Below are positions 10,672 through 25,133 of a DNA stretch of 33,514 bases, one piece after another. The notes under the pieces are model-generated. The model searched no databases, was not told the origin of the DNA, and saw only the letters and a program-made list of their open reading frames with translations. Source of the DNA: Nemertoderma westbladi (Eukaryota; Animalia; Xenacoelomorpha); contig JAUCBJ010008141.1 in the NCBI GenBank assembly GCA_032718475.1, forward strand, positions 1 to 33,514, read 5' to 3'. The stretch's first letter is position 1, and the number at the start of each line of letters is the position of its first letter. The translations under genes were made by a program, and so were the position numbers.

Positions 10672-11673
10672 GCAACATATTCCCAGAATCACGGAAATTT
10701 TGATGAAACTATATCGACAAATCAAATGGAATTGTTGGAAGATTTGATTTTTAGAATTGAAAGACGATTTGATGGCTTTGCTACTACCACGGGTGGTTTA
10801 TACCAAACTAATATTTGGACACATTGTGTAGAATCCATCTTCAATATTTATAATATATTTAGGCTTATATGACTACGGTACATTATATTGAAAGTGTACC
10901 AAGTACCGGTATTGTACAGTACTGTATGTCTTTTGTATATAAAAGTCTTTTTATCTCAATTTGGATTTCACTTACAGGCCAATATCGATCAACGCCAGAT
11001 ATAAATTATTCTCAAATATAATTCAATTGCCTACCTTTATATTGAATTTATAATTTAACTTAAGAATCATAATAATTTTATTTAACGTCTACAATATATT
11101 AATGGAATTGTATAAAACCACTGCGTCGTCGTTTATGATTCATTTTACATCACTGCATAATATAAAGTGATATGTGATTTGATATTTGATGTAAGGCTTT
11201 ACATATTATTATAAATACTGTACTGTGTGATGATGTTTGTCTATAACCAGTAATTACGATTACAAGGCCTGTTGCCCTGATTTTTATTGTATTTTTTTTA
11301 GTTTTAATATCCAGTAGATATACTGTAGCTACACTAATAATTTTAAATATTATTGGATCTTTATAAATTATCTACTGTACTTTACTAAAATAATATTATT
11401 ATCGTAATATCGTCGGAATTTTGGCGATATTATTTAAATGAACTGTAATTTTGTATTGGTATATTTATGTTATTGTTATCAGACTGATTGGTGCAGATCT
11501 AAGTTAAAAAAAGTAACATTATTTGACGTCAACGTCAAGCCGAAACCGAAACCGGTTACCGCAAGGGTCTCCACTAAGGAATGGTATGTACATGTTTACA
11601 GTAGTTAGGCTTTTCTAATAAAAGCAATAAATCCATTGAGACCATTGATTACCGATATGACAAGTTTCGTTTC

Positions 11674-13221
11674 TTTACCGGCATAGCGTTTAGTAATTAT
11701 TTACCGACATAGCGTTTACACCAGTAATTATTTACCGACACAGCGTTTACACCAGTAATTATTTACCGACATAGCGTCTACACCAGTAATTATTTACCGA
11801 CATAGCGTTTACACCAGTAATTATTTACCGGCATAGCGTTTACACCAGTAATTATTTACCGACATAGCGTTTACACCAGTAATTATTTACCGACATAGCG
11901 TCTACACCAGTAATTATTTACCGACATAGCGTTTACACCAGTAATTATTTACCGACATAGCGTTTACACCAGTAATTATTTACCGACATAGCGTTTACAC
12001 CAGTAATTATTTACCGACATAGCGTTTACACCAGTAATTATTTACCGACATAGCGTTTACACCAGTAATTATTTACCGACATAGCGTTTACACCAGTAAT
12101 TATTTACCGACATAGCGTTTACACCAGTAATTATTTACCGACATAGCGTTTACACCAGTAATTATTTACCGACATAGCGTTTACACCAGTAATTATTTAC
12201 CGACATAGCGTTTACACTAGTAATTATTTACCGACATAGCGTTTACACCAGTGATTATTTACCGACATAGCGTTTACACCAGTAATTATTTACCGACATA
12301 GCGTTTACACCAGTAATTATTTACCGACATAGCGTTTACACCAGTAATTATTTACCGCCATAGCGTTTACACCAGTAATTATTTACCGACATAGCGTTTA
12401 CACCAGTAATTATTTACCGACATAGCGTTTACACCAGTAATTATTTACCGCCATAGCGTTTACACCAGTAATTATTTACCGACATAGCGTTTACACCAGT
12501 AATTATTTACCGACATAGCGTTTACACCAGTAATTATTTACCGACATAGCGTTTACACCAGTAATTATTTACCGACATAGCGTTTACACCAGTAATTATT
12601 TACCGACATAGCGTTTACACCAGTAATTATTTACCGACATAGCGTTTACACCAGTAATTATTTACCGACATAGCGTTTACACCAGTAATTATTTACCGAC
12701 ATAGCGTTTACACCAGTAATTATTTACCGACATAGCGTTTACACCAGTAATTATTTACCGACATAGCGCTTACACCAGTAATTATTTACCGACATAGCGT
12801 TTACACCAGTAATTATTTACCGACATAGCGTTTACACCAGTAATTATTTACCGACATAGCGTTTACACCAGTAATTATTTAACGACATAGCGTTTACACC
12901 AGTAATTATTTACCGACATAGCGTTTACACCAGTAATTATTTACCGGCATAGCGTTTACACCAGTAATAATTTACCGACATAGCGTTTACACCAGTAATT
13001 ATTTACCGACATAGCGTTTACACCAGTGATTATTTACCGACATAGCGTTTACACCAGTAATTATTTACCGACATAGCGTTTACACCAGTAATTATTTATC
13101 GACATAGCGTTTACACCAGTGATTATTTACCGACATAGCGTTTACACCAGTAATTATTTACCGACATAGCGTTTACACCAGTAATTATTTACCGACATAG
13201 CGTTTACACCAGTAATTATTT
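11674..13221. repeat. 31-bp minisatellite, ~50 highly homogeneous copies
   Basis: Unit TTACCGACATAGCGTTTACACCAGTAATTAT with only scattered single-base variants. Confidence 0.97.
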
Positions 13222-13570
13222 CTGATTGATGCTTTTAGGATTGGGTCTCATTGTGAATTTCTTGATTTATTTTTCATTATTAAATTCACTCTGTCGTGTT
13301 TCAGTATGTGTGTAGGCGGTACCTACTGATGTATACAGTTTGATTAAAAATATTCAAGATGGTATATTAAAACTTCCGCATTAATTTATGCGATTTATTT
13401 TGTGCTACACTAATGTTAATCTGTTATGGATTGCTGTTTATTACAGTAATTACGTGACTCCCATAGAAAACAAAATAATAATATGATGTAATAATGATAA
13501 TAGTGATATGATTATCTTAAATTAGTTAAACTACAACGAAATTGAAGCTATCCTATTAGTAATGCATTGC

Positions 13571-14049
13571 TTAAGGGGGGCCCCCCAGGTTTTTTTAAAC
13601 CAATTTTCTTTGTTTTTTGTTCATTCGAACGAGCTTTGGAAGCTCTTTAAAGGTATTCTTATGGAATTTTGATAAATATTACAATTTCTTGTAATTAGCC
13701 AATTTTAATTAAAAATATGAAATTTAATTAATTAATAATTGATAATTTTTGTAGAGTCGATGACGCTGAGTCCAAAAAGTTGGTTTCAAGAAATTTGGAC
13801 CAAGATTGAGGGACTAAGTAGCAATTTTAATGAAATATTAATTCCGCCGCCAGCCGCTAGGGGGAAGCTATAAATTTTCAAATTTTCCTATAGAGGGTAT
13901 TTGGCCTTCCATAGAGTGGTTGGCCATGACAAAATAGCAATATTATCATTTAACAATAATTTACAGTCATTTAAAAAAAGGTTCATGGGGGGGGGGTGGT
14001 ATACCCCCATCCCGCCCTTAATAATCCGCGACTTTTTATGGTCCCTTAA
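13571..14049. mobile_element. Possible TTAA-flanked non-autonomous DNA transposon remnant (Kolobok-like termini)
   Basis: Begins TTAA-GGGGGGCCCCCC and ends at CCC-TTAA (14015-14021 or 14043-14049). Only very short terminal complementarity is visible. Confidence 0.3.
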
Positions 14050-14205
14050 TGTAATCATAACAAATTTCCAGTATTTTGCGAAACTGTCAAAACCAAAACT
14101 ACAAAATTCATTATATTTTTTACAAATTTAAATTTAATGAATAAATATGAAAAAATATCGAGGAAGACTGAAGAAAATGTAATGAAAATGCCGAAAGATT
14201 CGTGA

Positions 14206-17200
14206 AAGTTTGGTGTAAGTTTGATGTAAGTTGAGTGTAAGTTGGATGTAAGTAGGGTGTAAGTTGGATGTAAGTAGGGTGTAAGTTGGATGTAAGTTGG
14301 GTATAAGTTGGATGTAAGTTGGGTGTAAGTTGGATGTAAGATGGGTGTAAGTTGGATGTAAGCTGGGTGTAAGTTGGATGTAAGTTGGGTGTAAGTTGGA
14401 TGTAAGATGGGTGTAAGTTGGGTGTAAGTTGGATGTAAGTTGGATGTAAGTTGGGTGTAAGTTGGATGTAAGCTGGGTGTAAGTTGGATGTAAGTTGGGT
14501 GTAAGTTGGATGTAAGTTGGGTATAAGTTGGATGTAAGTTGGGTGTAAGTTGGATGTAAGTTGGGTGTAAGCTGGGTGTAAGTTGGATGTAAGTTGGGTG
14601 TAAGTTGGATGTAAGTTGGGTGTAAGTTGGATGTAAGTTGGGTGTAAGTTGGATGTAAGCTGGGTGTAAGTTGGATGTAAGCTGGGTGCAAGTTGGATGT
14701 AAGTTGGGTGTAAGTTGGATGTAAGTTGGGTGTAAGTTGGATGTAAGTAGGGTGTAAGTTGGATGTAAGTTGGGTGTAAGTTTGATGTAAGTTGGGTGTA
14801 AGTTGGATGTAAGTAGGGTGTAAGTTGGATGTAAGTAGGGTGTAAGTTGGATGTAAGTTGGGTGTAAGTTGGATGTAAGTAGGGTGTAAGTTGGATGTAA
14901 GTTGGGGGTAAGTTGGATGTAAGCTGGGTGTAAGTTGGATGTAAGCTGGGTGTAAGTTGGATGTAAGTTGGGTGTAAGTTGGATGTAAGTTGGGTGTAAG
15001 TTGGATGTAAGTAGGGTGTAAGTTGGATGTAAGTTGGGTGTAAGTTGGATATAAGTTGGGTGTAAGTTGGGTGTAAGTTGGATGTAAGTTGGGTGTAAGT
15101 TGGATGTAAGTTGGGTGTAAGTTGGATGTAAGTTGGGTGTAAGTTGGATGTAAGTTGGGTGTAAGTTGGATGTAAGCTGGGTGTAAGTTGGATGTAAGTT
15201 GGGTGTAAGTTGGATGTAAGTTGGGTATAAGTTGGATGTAAGTTGGGTGTAAGTTGGATGTAAGTTGGGTGTAAGCTGGGTGTAAGTTGGATGTAAGTTG
15301 GGTGTAAGTTGGATGTAAGTTGGGTGTAAGTTGGATGTAAGTTGGGTGTAAGTTGGATGTAAGCTGGGTGTAAGTTGGATGTAAGCTGGGTGTAAGTTGG
15401 ATGTAAGCTGGGTGTAAGTTGGATGTAAGTTGGATGTACGTTGGATGTAAGTTGGGTGTAAGTTGGATGTAAGTTGCGTGTAAGTTGGAAGTAAGTTGGA
15501 TGTAAGTTGGATGTAAGTTGGATGTAAGTTGCGTGTAAGTTGGAAGTAAGTTGGATGTAAGTTGGGTGTAAGTTGGATGTAAGTAGGGTGTGAGTTGGAT
15601 GTAAGTTGGGTGTAAGTTGGATGTAAGTTGGGTGTAAGTTGGATGTAAGTAGGGTGTAAGTTGGGGGTAAGTTGGGGGTAAGTTGGGTGTAAGTTGGATG
15701 TAAGTAGGGTGTAAGTTTGATGTATGTTGGGTGTAAGTTGGATGTAAGTTGGGTGTAAGTTGGAAGTAAGTTGGATGTAAGTTGGATGTAAGTTGGGTGT
15801 AAGTTGGAAGTAAGTTGGATGTAAGTTGCGTGTAAGTTGGAAGTAAGTTGGATGTAAGTTGCGTGTAAGTTGGAAGTAAGTTGGATTTAAGTTGGATGTA
15901 AGTTGAGTTGGGTGTAAGTTGGAAGTAAGTTGGATGTAAGTTGCGTGTAAGTTGGAAGTAAGGTGGAAGTAAGTTGGATGTAAGTTGCGTGTAAGTTGGA
16001 TGTACGTTGGATGTAAGTGGGTGTAAGTTGGATGTAAGTTGGAAGTACGTTGGATGTAAGTTGCGTGTAAGTTGGAGGTAAGTTGGAAGTAAGTTGGATG
16101 TACGTTGGATGTAAGTTGGGTGTAAGTTGGAAGTAAGTTGGATGTAAGTTGCGTGTAAGTTGGAAGTAAGTTGGATGTAAGTTGGGTGTAAGTTGGATGT
16201 AAGTTGGATGTACGTTGGATGTAAGTTGCGTGCAAGTTGGGTGTAAGTTGCGTGTAAGTTGGAGGTAAGTTGGAAGTAAGTTGGGTGTACGTTGGATGTA
16301 AGTTGGGTGTAAGTTGGAAGTAAGTTGGATGTAAGTTGCGTGTAAGTTGGAAGTAAGTTGGATGTAAGTTGGGTGTAAGTTGGATGTAAGTTGGAAGTAA
16401 GTTGGATGTACGTCGGATGTAAGTTGCGTGCAAGTTGGGTGCAAGTTGGGTGTAAGTTGCGTGTAAGTTGGAGGTAAGTTGGAAGTAAGTTGGATGTACG
16501 TTGGATGTAAGTTATGTGCAAGTTGGGTGTAAGTTGGATGTAAGTTGGGTGTAAGTTGGAAGTAAGTTGGATGTAAGTTGCGTGTAAGTTGGAAGTAAGT
16601 TGGATGTAAGTTGCGTGTAAGTTGGAAGTAAGTTGGATGTAAGTTTGGTGTAAGTTGGATGTAAGTTGGGTGTAAGTTGGATGTAAGTTGGAAGTAAGTT
16701 GGATGTACGTTGGATGTAAGTTGCGTGCAAGTTGGGTGTAAGTTGCGTGTAAGTTGGAAGTAAGTTGGATGTAAGTTGCGTGAAAGTTGGAAGTAAGTTG
16801 GATGTAAGTTGGATGTAAGTTGCGTGTAAGTTGGAAGTAAGTTGGATGTAAGTTGGGTGTAAGTTGGAAGTAAGTTGGATGTAAGTTGCGTGTAAGTTGG
16901 AAGTAAGTTGGATGTAAGTTGCGTGTAAGTTGGATGTAAGTTGGATGTAAGTTGGAAGTAAGTTGGATGTAAGTTGCGTGTAAGTTGGAAGTAAGTTGGA
17001 TGTAAGTTGCGTGTAAGTTGGATGTAAGTTGGATGTAAGTTGGAAGTAAGTTGGATGTAAGTTGCGTGAAAGTTGGAAGTAAGTTGGATGTAAGTTGGAT
17101 GTAAGTTGCGTGTAAGTTGGAAGTAAGTTGGATGTAAGTTGGGTGTAAGTTGGAAGTAAGTTGGATGTAAGTTGCGTGTAAGTTGGATGTAAGTTGGATG

Positions 17201-17324
17201 TAAGTTGGAAGTAAGTTGGATGTAAGTTGCGTGTAAGTTGGAAGTAAGTTGGATGTAAGTTGCGTGTAAGTTGGATGTAAGTTGGATGTAAGTTGGAAGT
17301 AAGTTGGATGTAAGTTGCGTGTAA
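14206..17324. repeat. 11-bp G/T-rich satellite, ~280 units, with 22- and 33-bp higher-order periodicity
   Basis: Units GTTGGATGTAA / GTTGGGTGTAA / GTTGCGTGTAA / GTTGGAAGTAA; strong strand asymmetry. Confidence 0.97.
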
Positions 17325-17453
17325 TAACTAAATAGAACTGATTGATCTTTACTATAAATGTATTAAATTTAAGTTACATTTTGATTAACTTGTATGGAAA
17401 TAAATGAATCAATATAGAATTATAGCTATGATATCATTTATGAATGTAAATTG

Positions 17454-20400
17454 AGTTATTGCAGTACAGTGGAGTACCATAGAGGCCATCCATAGTATCT
17501 CCTATCCCAGATAGTATCTCTATAGTTATTGCAGTACAGTGGAGTACCATAAAGGCCATCCATAGTATCTCCTATCCCAGATAGTATCTCCGGGCTCCTA
17601 TCCCAGATAGTATCTCCGGGCTCCTATCCCAGATAGTATCTCTATAGTTATTGCAGTACAGTGGAGTACCATAAAGGCCATCCATAGTATCTCCTATCCC
17701 ACATTGTACCTCTATAGTTATTGCAGTACAGTGGAGTACCATAAAGGCCATCCATAGTATCTCCTATCCCAGATAGTATCTCCTAACCCAGATAGTATCT
17801 CTATAGTTATTGCAGTACAGTGGAGTACCATAAAGGCCATCCATAGTATCTCCTATCCCACATTGTATCTCTATAGTTATTGCAGTACAGTGGAGTACCA
17901 TAAAGGCCATCCATAGTATCTCCTATCCCAGATAGTATCTCCTAACCCAGATAGTATCTCTATAGTTATTGCAGTACAGTGGAGTACCATAAAGGCCATC
18001 CATAGTATCTCCTATCCCACATTGTATCTCTATAGTTATTGCAGTACAGTGGAGTACCATAAAGGCCATCCATAGTATCTCCTATCCCACATTGTATCTC
18101 TATAGTTATTGCAGTACAGTGGAGTACCATAAAGGCCATCCATAGTATCTCCTATCCCAGATAGTATCTCTATAGTTATTGCAGTACAGTGGAGTACCAT
18201 AAAGGCCATAAATAGTATCTCCTATCCCAGATAGTATCTCCTAACCCAGATAGTATCTCTATAGTTATTGCAGTACAGTGGAGTACCATAAAGGCCATCC
18301 ATAGTATCTCCTATCCCACATTGTACCTCTATAGTTATTGCAGTACAGTGGAGTACCATAAAGGCCATCCATAGTATCTCCTATCCCAGATAGTATCTCC
18401 TAACCCAGATAGTATCTCTATAGTTATTGCAGTACAGTGGAGTACCATAAAGGCCATCCATAGTATCTCCTATCCCAGATTGTATCTCTATAGTTATTGC
18501 AGTACAGTGGAGTACCATAAAGGCCATCCATAGTATCTCCTATCCCACATTGTATCTCTATAGTTATTGCAGTACAGTGGAGTACCATAAAGGCCATCCA
18601 TAGTATCTCCTATCCCAGATAGTATCTCCGGGCCATCCATAGTATCTCCTATCCCAGATTGTATCTCTATAGTTATTGCAGTACAGTGGAGTACCATAAA
18701 GGCCATCCATAGTATCTCCTATCCCAGATAGTATCTCCGGGCCATCCATAGTATCTCCTATCCCAGATTGTATCTCTATAGTTATTGCAGTACAGTGGAG
18801 TACCATAAAGGCCATCCATAGTATCTCCTATCCCAGATAGTATCTCTATAGTTATTGCAGTACAGTGGAGTACCATAAAGGCCATCCATAGTATCTCCTA
18901 TCCCAGATAGTATCTCCGGGCCATCCATAGTATCTCCTATCCCAGATTGTATCTCTATAGTTATTGCAGTACAGTGGAGTACCATAAAGGCCATCCATAG
19001 TATCTCCTATCCCAGATAGTATCTCTATAGTTATTGCAGTACAGTGGAGTACCATAAAGGCCATCCATAGTATCTCCTATCCCAGATTGTATCTCTATAG
19101 TTATTGCAGTACAGTGGAGTACCATAAAGGCCATCCATAGTATCTCCTATCCCAGATTGTATCTCTATAGTTATTGCAGTACAGTGGAGTACCATAAAGG
19201 CCATCCATAGTATCTCCTATCCCAGATAGTATCTCTATAGTTATTGCAGTACAGTGGAGTACCATAAAGGCCATCCATAGTATCTCCTATCCCAGATAGT
19301 ATCTCTATAGTTATTGCAGTAGAGTGGAGTACCATAAAGGCCATCCATAGTATCTCCTATCCCAGATAGTATCTCCGGGCCATCCATAGTATCTCCTATC
19401 CCAGATAGTATCTCTATAGTTATTGCAGTAGAGTGGAGTACCATAAAGGCCATCCATAGTATCTCCTATCCCAGATAGTATCTCCGGGCCATCCATAGTA
19501 TCTCCTATCCCAGATAGTATCTCCTATCCCACATTGTATCTCTATAGTTATTGCAGTACAGTGGAGTACCATAAAGGCCATCCATAGTATCTCCTATCCC
19601 AGATAGTATCTCCGGGCCATCCATAGTATCTCCTATCCCAGATAGTATCTCTATAGTTATTGCAGTACAGTGGAGTACCATAAAGGCCATCCATAGTATC
19701 TCCTATCCCAGATAGTATCTCCGGGCCATCCATAGTATCTCCTATCCCAGATAGTATCTCTATAGTTATTGCAGTACAGTGGAGTACCATAAAGGCCATC
19801 CATAGTATCTCCTATCCCAGATAGTATCTCTATAGTTATTGCAGTACAGTGGAGTACCATAAAGGCCATCCATAGTATCTCCTATCCCAGATTGTATCTC
19901 TATAGTTATTGCAGTACAGTGGAGTACCATAAAGGCCATCCATAGTATCTCCTATCCCAGATAGTATCTCCTATCCCAGATAGTATCTCTATAGTTATTG
20001 CAGTACAGTGGAGTACCATAAAGGCCATCCATAGTATCTCCTATCCCAGATAGTATCTCCTATCCCAGATAGTATCTCTATAGTTATTGCAGTACAGTGG
20101 AGTACCATAAAGGCCATCCATAGTATCTCCTATCCCAGATAGTATCTCCGGGCCATCCATAGTATCTCCTATCCCAGATTGTATCTCTATAGTTATTGCA
20201 GTACAGTGGAGTACCATAAAGGCCATCCATAGTATCTCCTATCCCAGATAGTATCTCCGGGCCATCCATAGTATCTCCTATCCCAGATAGTATCTCTATA
20301 GTTATTGCAGTAGAGTGGAGTACCATAAAGGCCATCCATAGTATCTCCTATCCCAGATAGTATCTCCGGGCCATCCATAGTATCTCCTATCCCAGATAGT

Positions 20401-23400
20401 ATCTCCTATCCCACATTATATCTCTATAGTTATTGCAGTACAGTGGAGTACCATAAAGGCCATCCATAGTATCTCCTATCCCAGATAGTATCTCTATAGT
20501 TATTGCAGTACAGTGGAGTACCATAAAGGCCATCCATAGTATCTCCTATCCCAGATAGTATCTCCGGGCCATCCATAGTATCTCCTATCCCAGATTGTAT
20601 CTCTATAGTTATTGCAGTACAGTGGAGTACCATAAAGGCCATCCATAGTATCTCCTATCCCAGATAGTATCTCCGGGCCATCCATAGTATCTCCTATCCC
20701 AGATTGTATCTCTATAGTTATTGCAGTACAGTGGAGTACCATAAAGGCCATCCATAGTATCTCCTATCCCAGATAGTATCTCCTATCCCAGATAGTATCT
20801 CTATAGTTATTGCAGTACAGTGGAGTACCATAAAGGCCATCCATAGTATCTCCTATCCCAGATAGTATCTCTATAGTTATTGCAGTACAGTGGAGTACCA
20901 TAAAGGCCATCCATAGTATCTCCTATCCCAGATAGTATCTCCGGGCCTGAGATAGTATCTCCTATCCCAGATAGTATCTCCGGGCCTGAGATAGTATCTC
21001 CTATCCCAGATAGTATCTCTATAGTTATTGCAGTACAGTGGAGTACCATAAAGGCCATCCATAGTATCTCCTATCCCACATTGTATCTCTATAGTTATTG
21101 CAGTACAGTGGAGTACCATAAAGGCCATCCATAGTATCTCCTATCCCAGATTGTATCTCTATAGTTATTGCAGTACAGTGGAGTACCATAAAGGCCATCC
21201 ATAGTATCTCCTATCCCAGATAGTATCTCTATAGTTATTGCAGTACAGTGGAGTACCATAAAGGCCATCCATAGTATCTCCTATCCCAGATTGTATCTCT
21301 ATAGTTATTGCAGTACAGTGGAGTACCATAAAGGCCATCCATAGTATCTCCTATCCCAGATAGTATCTCCGGGCCTGAGATAGTATCTCCTATCCCAGAT
21401 AGTATCTCCGGGCCATCCATAGTATCTCCTATCCCAGATTGTATCTCTATAGTTATTGCAGTACAGTGGAGTACCATAAAGGCCATCCATAGTATCTCCT
21501 ATCCCAGATAGTATCTCTATAGTTATTGCAGTACAGTGGAGTACCATAAAGGCCATCCATAGTATCTCCTATCCCAGATTGTATCTCTATAGTTATTGCA
21601 GTACAGTGGAGTACCATAAAGGCCATCCATAGTATCTCCTATCCCAGATAGTATCTCTATAGTTATTGCAGTACAGTGGAGTACCATAAAGGCCATCCAT
21701 AGTATCTCCTATCCCAGATAGTATCTCTATAGTTATTGCAGTACAGTGGAGTACCATAAAGGCCATCCATAGTATCTCCTATCCCAGATAGTATCTCCGG
21801 GCCTGAGATAGTATCTCCTATCCCAGATAGTATCACCGGGCCTGAGATAGTATCTCCTATCCCACATTGTATCTCTATAGTTATTGCAGTACAGTGGAGT
21901 ACCATAAAGGCCATCCATAGTATCTCCTATCCCAGATAGTATCTCTTATCCCAGATAGTATCTCCGGGCCTGAGATAGTATCTCCTATCCCACATTGTAT
22001 CTCTATAGTTATTGCAGTACAGTGGAGTACCATAAAGGCCATCCATAGTATCTCCTATCCCAGATAGAATCTCCGGGCCTGAGATAGTATCTCCTATCCC
22101 ACATTGTATCTCTATAGTTATTGCAGTACAGTGGAGTACCATAAAGGCCATCCATAGTATCTCCTATCCCACATTGTATCTCTATAGTTATTGCAGTACA
22201 GTGGAGTACCATAAAGGCCATCCATAGTATCTCCTATCCCAGATAGTATCTCCGGGCCATCCATAGTATCTCCTATCCCAGATAGTATCTCCTATCCCAC
22301 ATTGTATCTCTATAGTTATTGCAGTACAGTGGAGTACCATAAAGGCCATCCATAGTATCTCCTATCCCAGATAGTATCTCCGGGCCATCCATAGTATCTC
22401 CTATCCCAGATAGTATCTCTATAGTTATTGCAATACATTGGAGTACCATAAAGGCCATCCATAGTATCTCCTATTCCAGATAGTATCTCCGGGCCTGAGA
22501 TAGTATCTCCTATCCCAGATAGTATCTCCGGGCCTGAGATAGTATCTCCTATCCCACATTGTATCTCTATAGTTATTGCAGTACAGTGGAGTACCATAAA
22601 GGCCATCCATAGTATCTCCTATCCCAGATAGTATCTCCGGGCCTGAGATAGTATCTCCTATCCCAGATAGTATCTCAGGGCCTGAGATAGTATCTCCTAT
22701 CCCACATTGTATCTCTATAGTTATTGCAGTACAGTGGAGTACCATAAAGGCCATCCATAGTATCTCCTATCCCAGATAGTATCTCCGGGCCTGAGATAGT
22801 ATCTCCGGGCCTGAGATAGTATCTCCTATCCCAGATAGTATCTATATAGTTATTGCAGTACAGTGGAGTACCATAAAGGCCATCCATAGTATCTCCTATC
22901 CCAGATAGTATCTATATAGTTATTGCAGTACAGTGGAGTACCATAAAGGCCATCCATAGTATCTCCTATCCCAGATAGTATCTCCGGGCCTGAGATAGTA
23001 TCTCCTATCCCAGATAGTATCTCCGGGCCTGAGATAGTATCTCCTATCCCAGATAGTATCTATATAGTTATTGCAGTACAGTGGAGTACCATAAAGGCCA
23101 TCCATAGTATCTCCTATCCCACATTGTATCTCTATAGTTATTGCAGTACAGTGGAGTACCATAAAGGCCATCCATAGTATCTCCTATCCCAGATAGTATC
23201 TCCGGGCCTGAGATAGTATCTCCGGGCCTGAGATAGTATCTCCTATCCCAGATAGTATCTCCGGGCCTGAGATAGTATCTCCTATCCCACATTTTATCTC
23301 TATAGTTATTGCAGTACAGTGGAGTACCATAAAGGCCATCCATAGTATCTCCTATCCCAGATAGTATCTCCGGGCCTGAGATAGTATCTCCTATCCCAGA

Positions 23401-25133
23401 TAGTATCTCCGGGCCTGAGATAGTATCTCCTATCCCACATTGTATCTCTAGAGTTATTGCAGTACAGTGGAGTACCATAAAGGCCATCCATAGTATCTCC
23501 TATCCCACATTGTATCTCTATAGTTATTGCAGTACAGTGGAGTACCATAAAGGCCATCCATAGTATCTCCTATCCCAGATAGTATCTCTATAGTTATTGC
23601 AGTACAGTGGAGTACCATAAAGGCCATCCATAGTATCTCCTATCCCAGATTGTATCTCCGGGCCTGAGATAGTATCTCCTATCCCAGATTGTATCTCTAT
23701 AGTTATTGCAGTACAGTGGAGTACCATAAAGGCCATCCATAGTATCTCCTATCCCAGATAGTATCTCCGGGCCTGAGATAGCATCTCCTATCCCAGATAG
23801 TATCTCCGGGCCTGAGATAGCATCTCCTATCCCAGATAGTATCTCCGGGCCTGAGATAGTATCTCCTATCCCAGATAGTATCTCCGGGCCTGAGATAGTA
23901 TCTCCTATCCCACATTGTATCTCTATAGTTATTGCAGTACAGTGGAGTACCATAAAGGCCATCCATAGTATCTCCTATCCCAGATAGTATCTCCGGGCCT
24001 GAGATAGCATCTCCTATCCCAGATAGTATCTCCGGGCCTGAGATAGTATCTCCTATCCCAGATAGTATCTCCGGGCCTGAGATAGTATCTCCTATCCCAG
24101 ATAGTATCTTCGGGCCTGAGATAGTATCTCCTATCCCACATTGTATCTCTATAGTTATTGCAGTACAGTGGAGTACCATAAAGGCCATCCATAGTATCTC
24201 CTATCCCAGATAGTATCTCCGGGCCTGAGATAGTATCTCCTATCCCAGATAGTATCTCCGTGCCTGAGATAGTATCTCCTATCCCAGATTGTATCTCTAT
24301 AGTTATTGCAGTACAGTGGAGTACCATAAAGGCCATCCATAGCATCTCCTATCCCAGATAGTATCTCCGGGCCTGAGATAGCATCTCCTATCCCAGATAG
24401 TATCTCCGGGCCTGAGATAGTATCTCCTATCCCAGATAGTATCTCCGGGCCTGAGATAGTATCTCCTATCCCACATTGTATCTCTATAGTTATTGCAGTA
24501 CAGTGGAGTACCATAAAGGCCATCCATAGTATCTCCTATCCCAGATAGTATCTCCGGGCCTGAGATAGCATCTCCTATCCCAGATAGTATCTCCGGGCCT
24601 GAGATAGTATCTCCTATCCCAGATAGTATCTCCGGGCCTGAGATAGTATCTCCTATCCCAGATAGTATCTTCGGGCCTGAGATAGTATCTCCTATCCCAC
24701 ATTGTATCTCTATAGTTATTGCAGTACAGTGGAGTACCATAAAGGCCATCCATAGTATCTCCTATCCCAGATAGTATCTCCGGGCCTGAGATAGTATCTC
24801 CTATCCCAGATAGTATCTCCGTGCCTGAGATAGTATCTCCTATCCCAGATTGTATCTCTATAGTTATTGCAGTACAGTGGAGTACCATAAAGGCCATCCA
24901 TAGTATCTCCTATCCCAGATAGTATCTCCGTGCCTGAGATAGTATCTCCTATCCCAGATAGTATCTCCGGGCCTGAGATAGTATCTCCGGGCCTGAGATA
25001 GTATCTCCGGGCCTGAGATAGTATCTCCGGGCCTGAGATAGTATCTCCGGGCCTGAGATATTATCTCCGGGCCTGAGATAGTATCTCCGGGCCTAAGATA
25101 TTATCTCCGGGCCTGAGATAGTATCTCCGGGCC
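17454..25133. repeat. Compound satellite (~7.7 kb) built from 70-, 39-, 20- and 19-bp modules sharing an ATAGTATCTC core
   Basis: 70-mer GTTATTGCAGTACAGTGGAGTACCATAAAGGCCATCCATAGTATCTCCTATCCCAGATAGTATCTCTATA; 39-mers GGCCATCC.. and GGCCTGAG..; terminal pure 20-mer GAGATAGTATCTCCGGGCCT. Confidence 0.97.

Noticed and set aside
14055-16730. ~790-aa minus-strand ORFs (HPTYIQLTPNL repeats)
   Set aside because: The C/A-rich strand of the 11-bp satellite almost never forms stop codons; all three frames give the same peptide pattern and the starts are not credible.
18494-24901. Dozens of short MAFMVLHC.../MDGLYGTP... ORFs
   Set aside because: These are translations of satellite modules whose main unit (70 bp) is not a multiple of 3.
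9333-25133. CRISPR-like arrays (palindromic repeat units near a reverse transcriptase)
   Set aside because: Units are head-to-tail with no unique spacers, there are no cas genes, and the RTs are ordinary eukaryotic non-LTR types.
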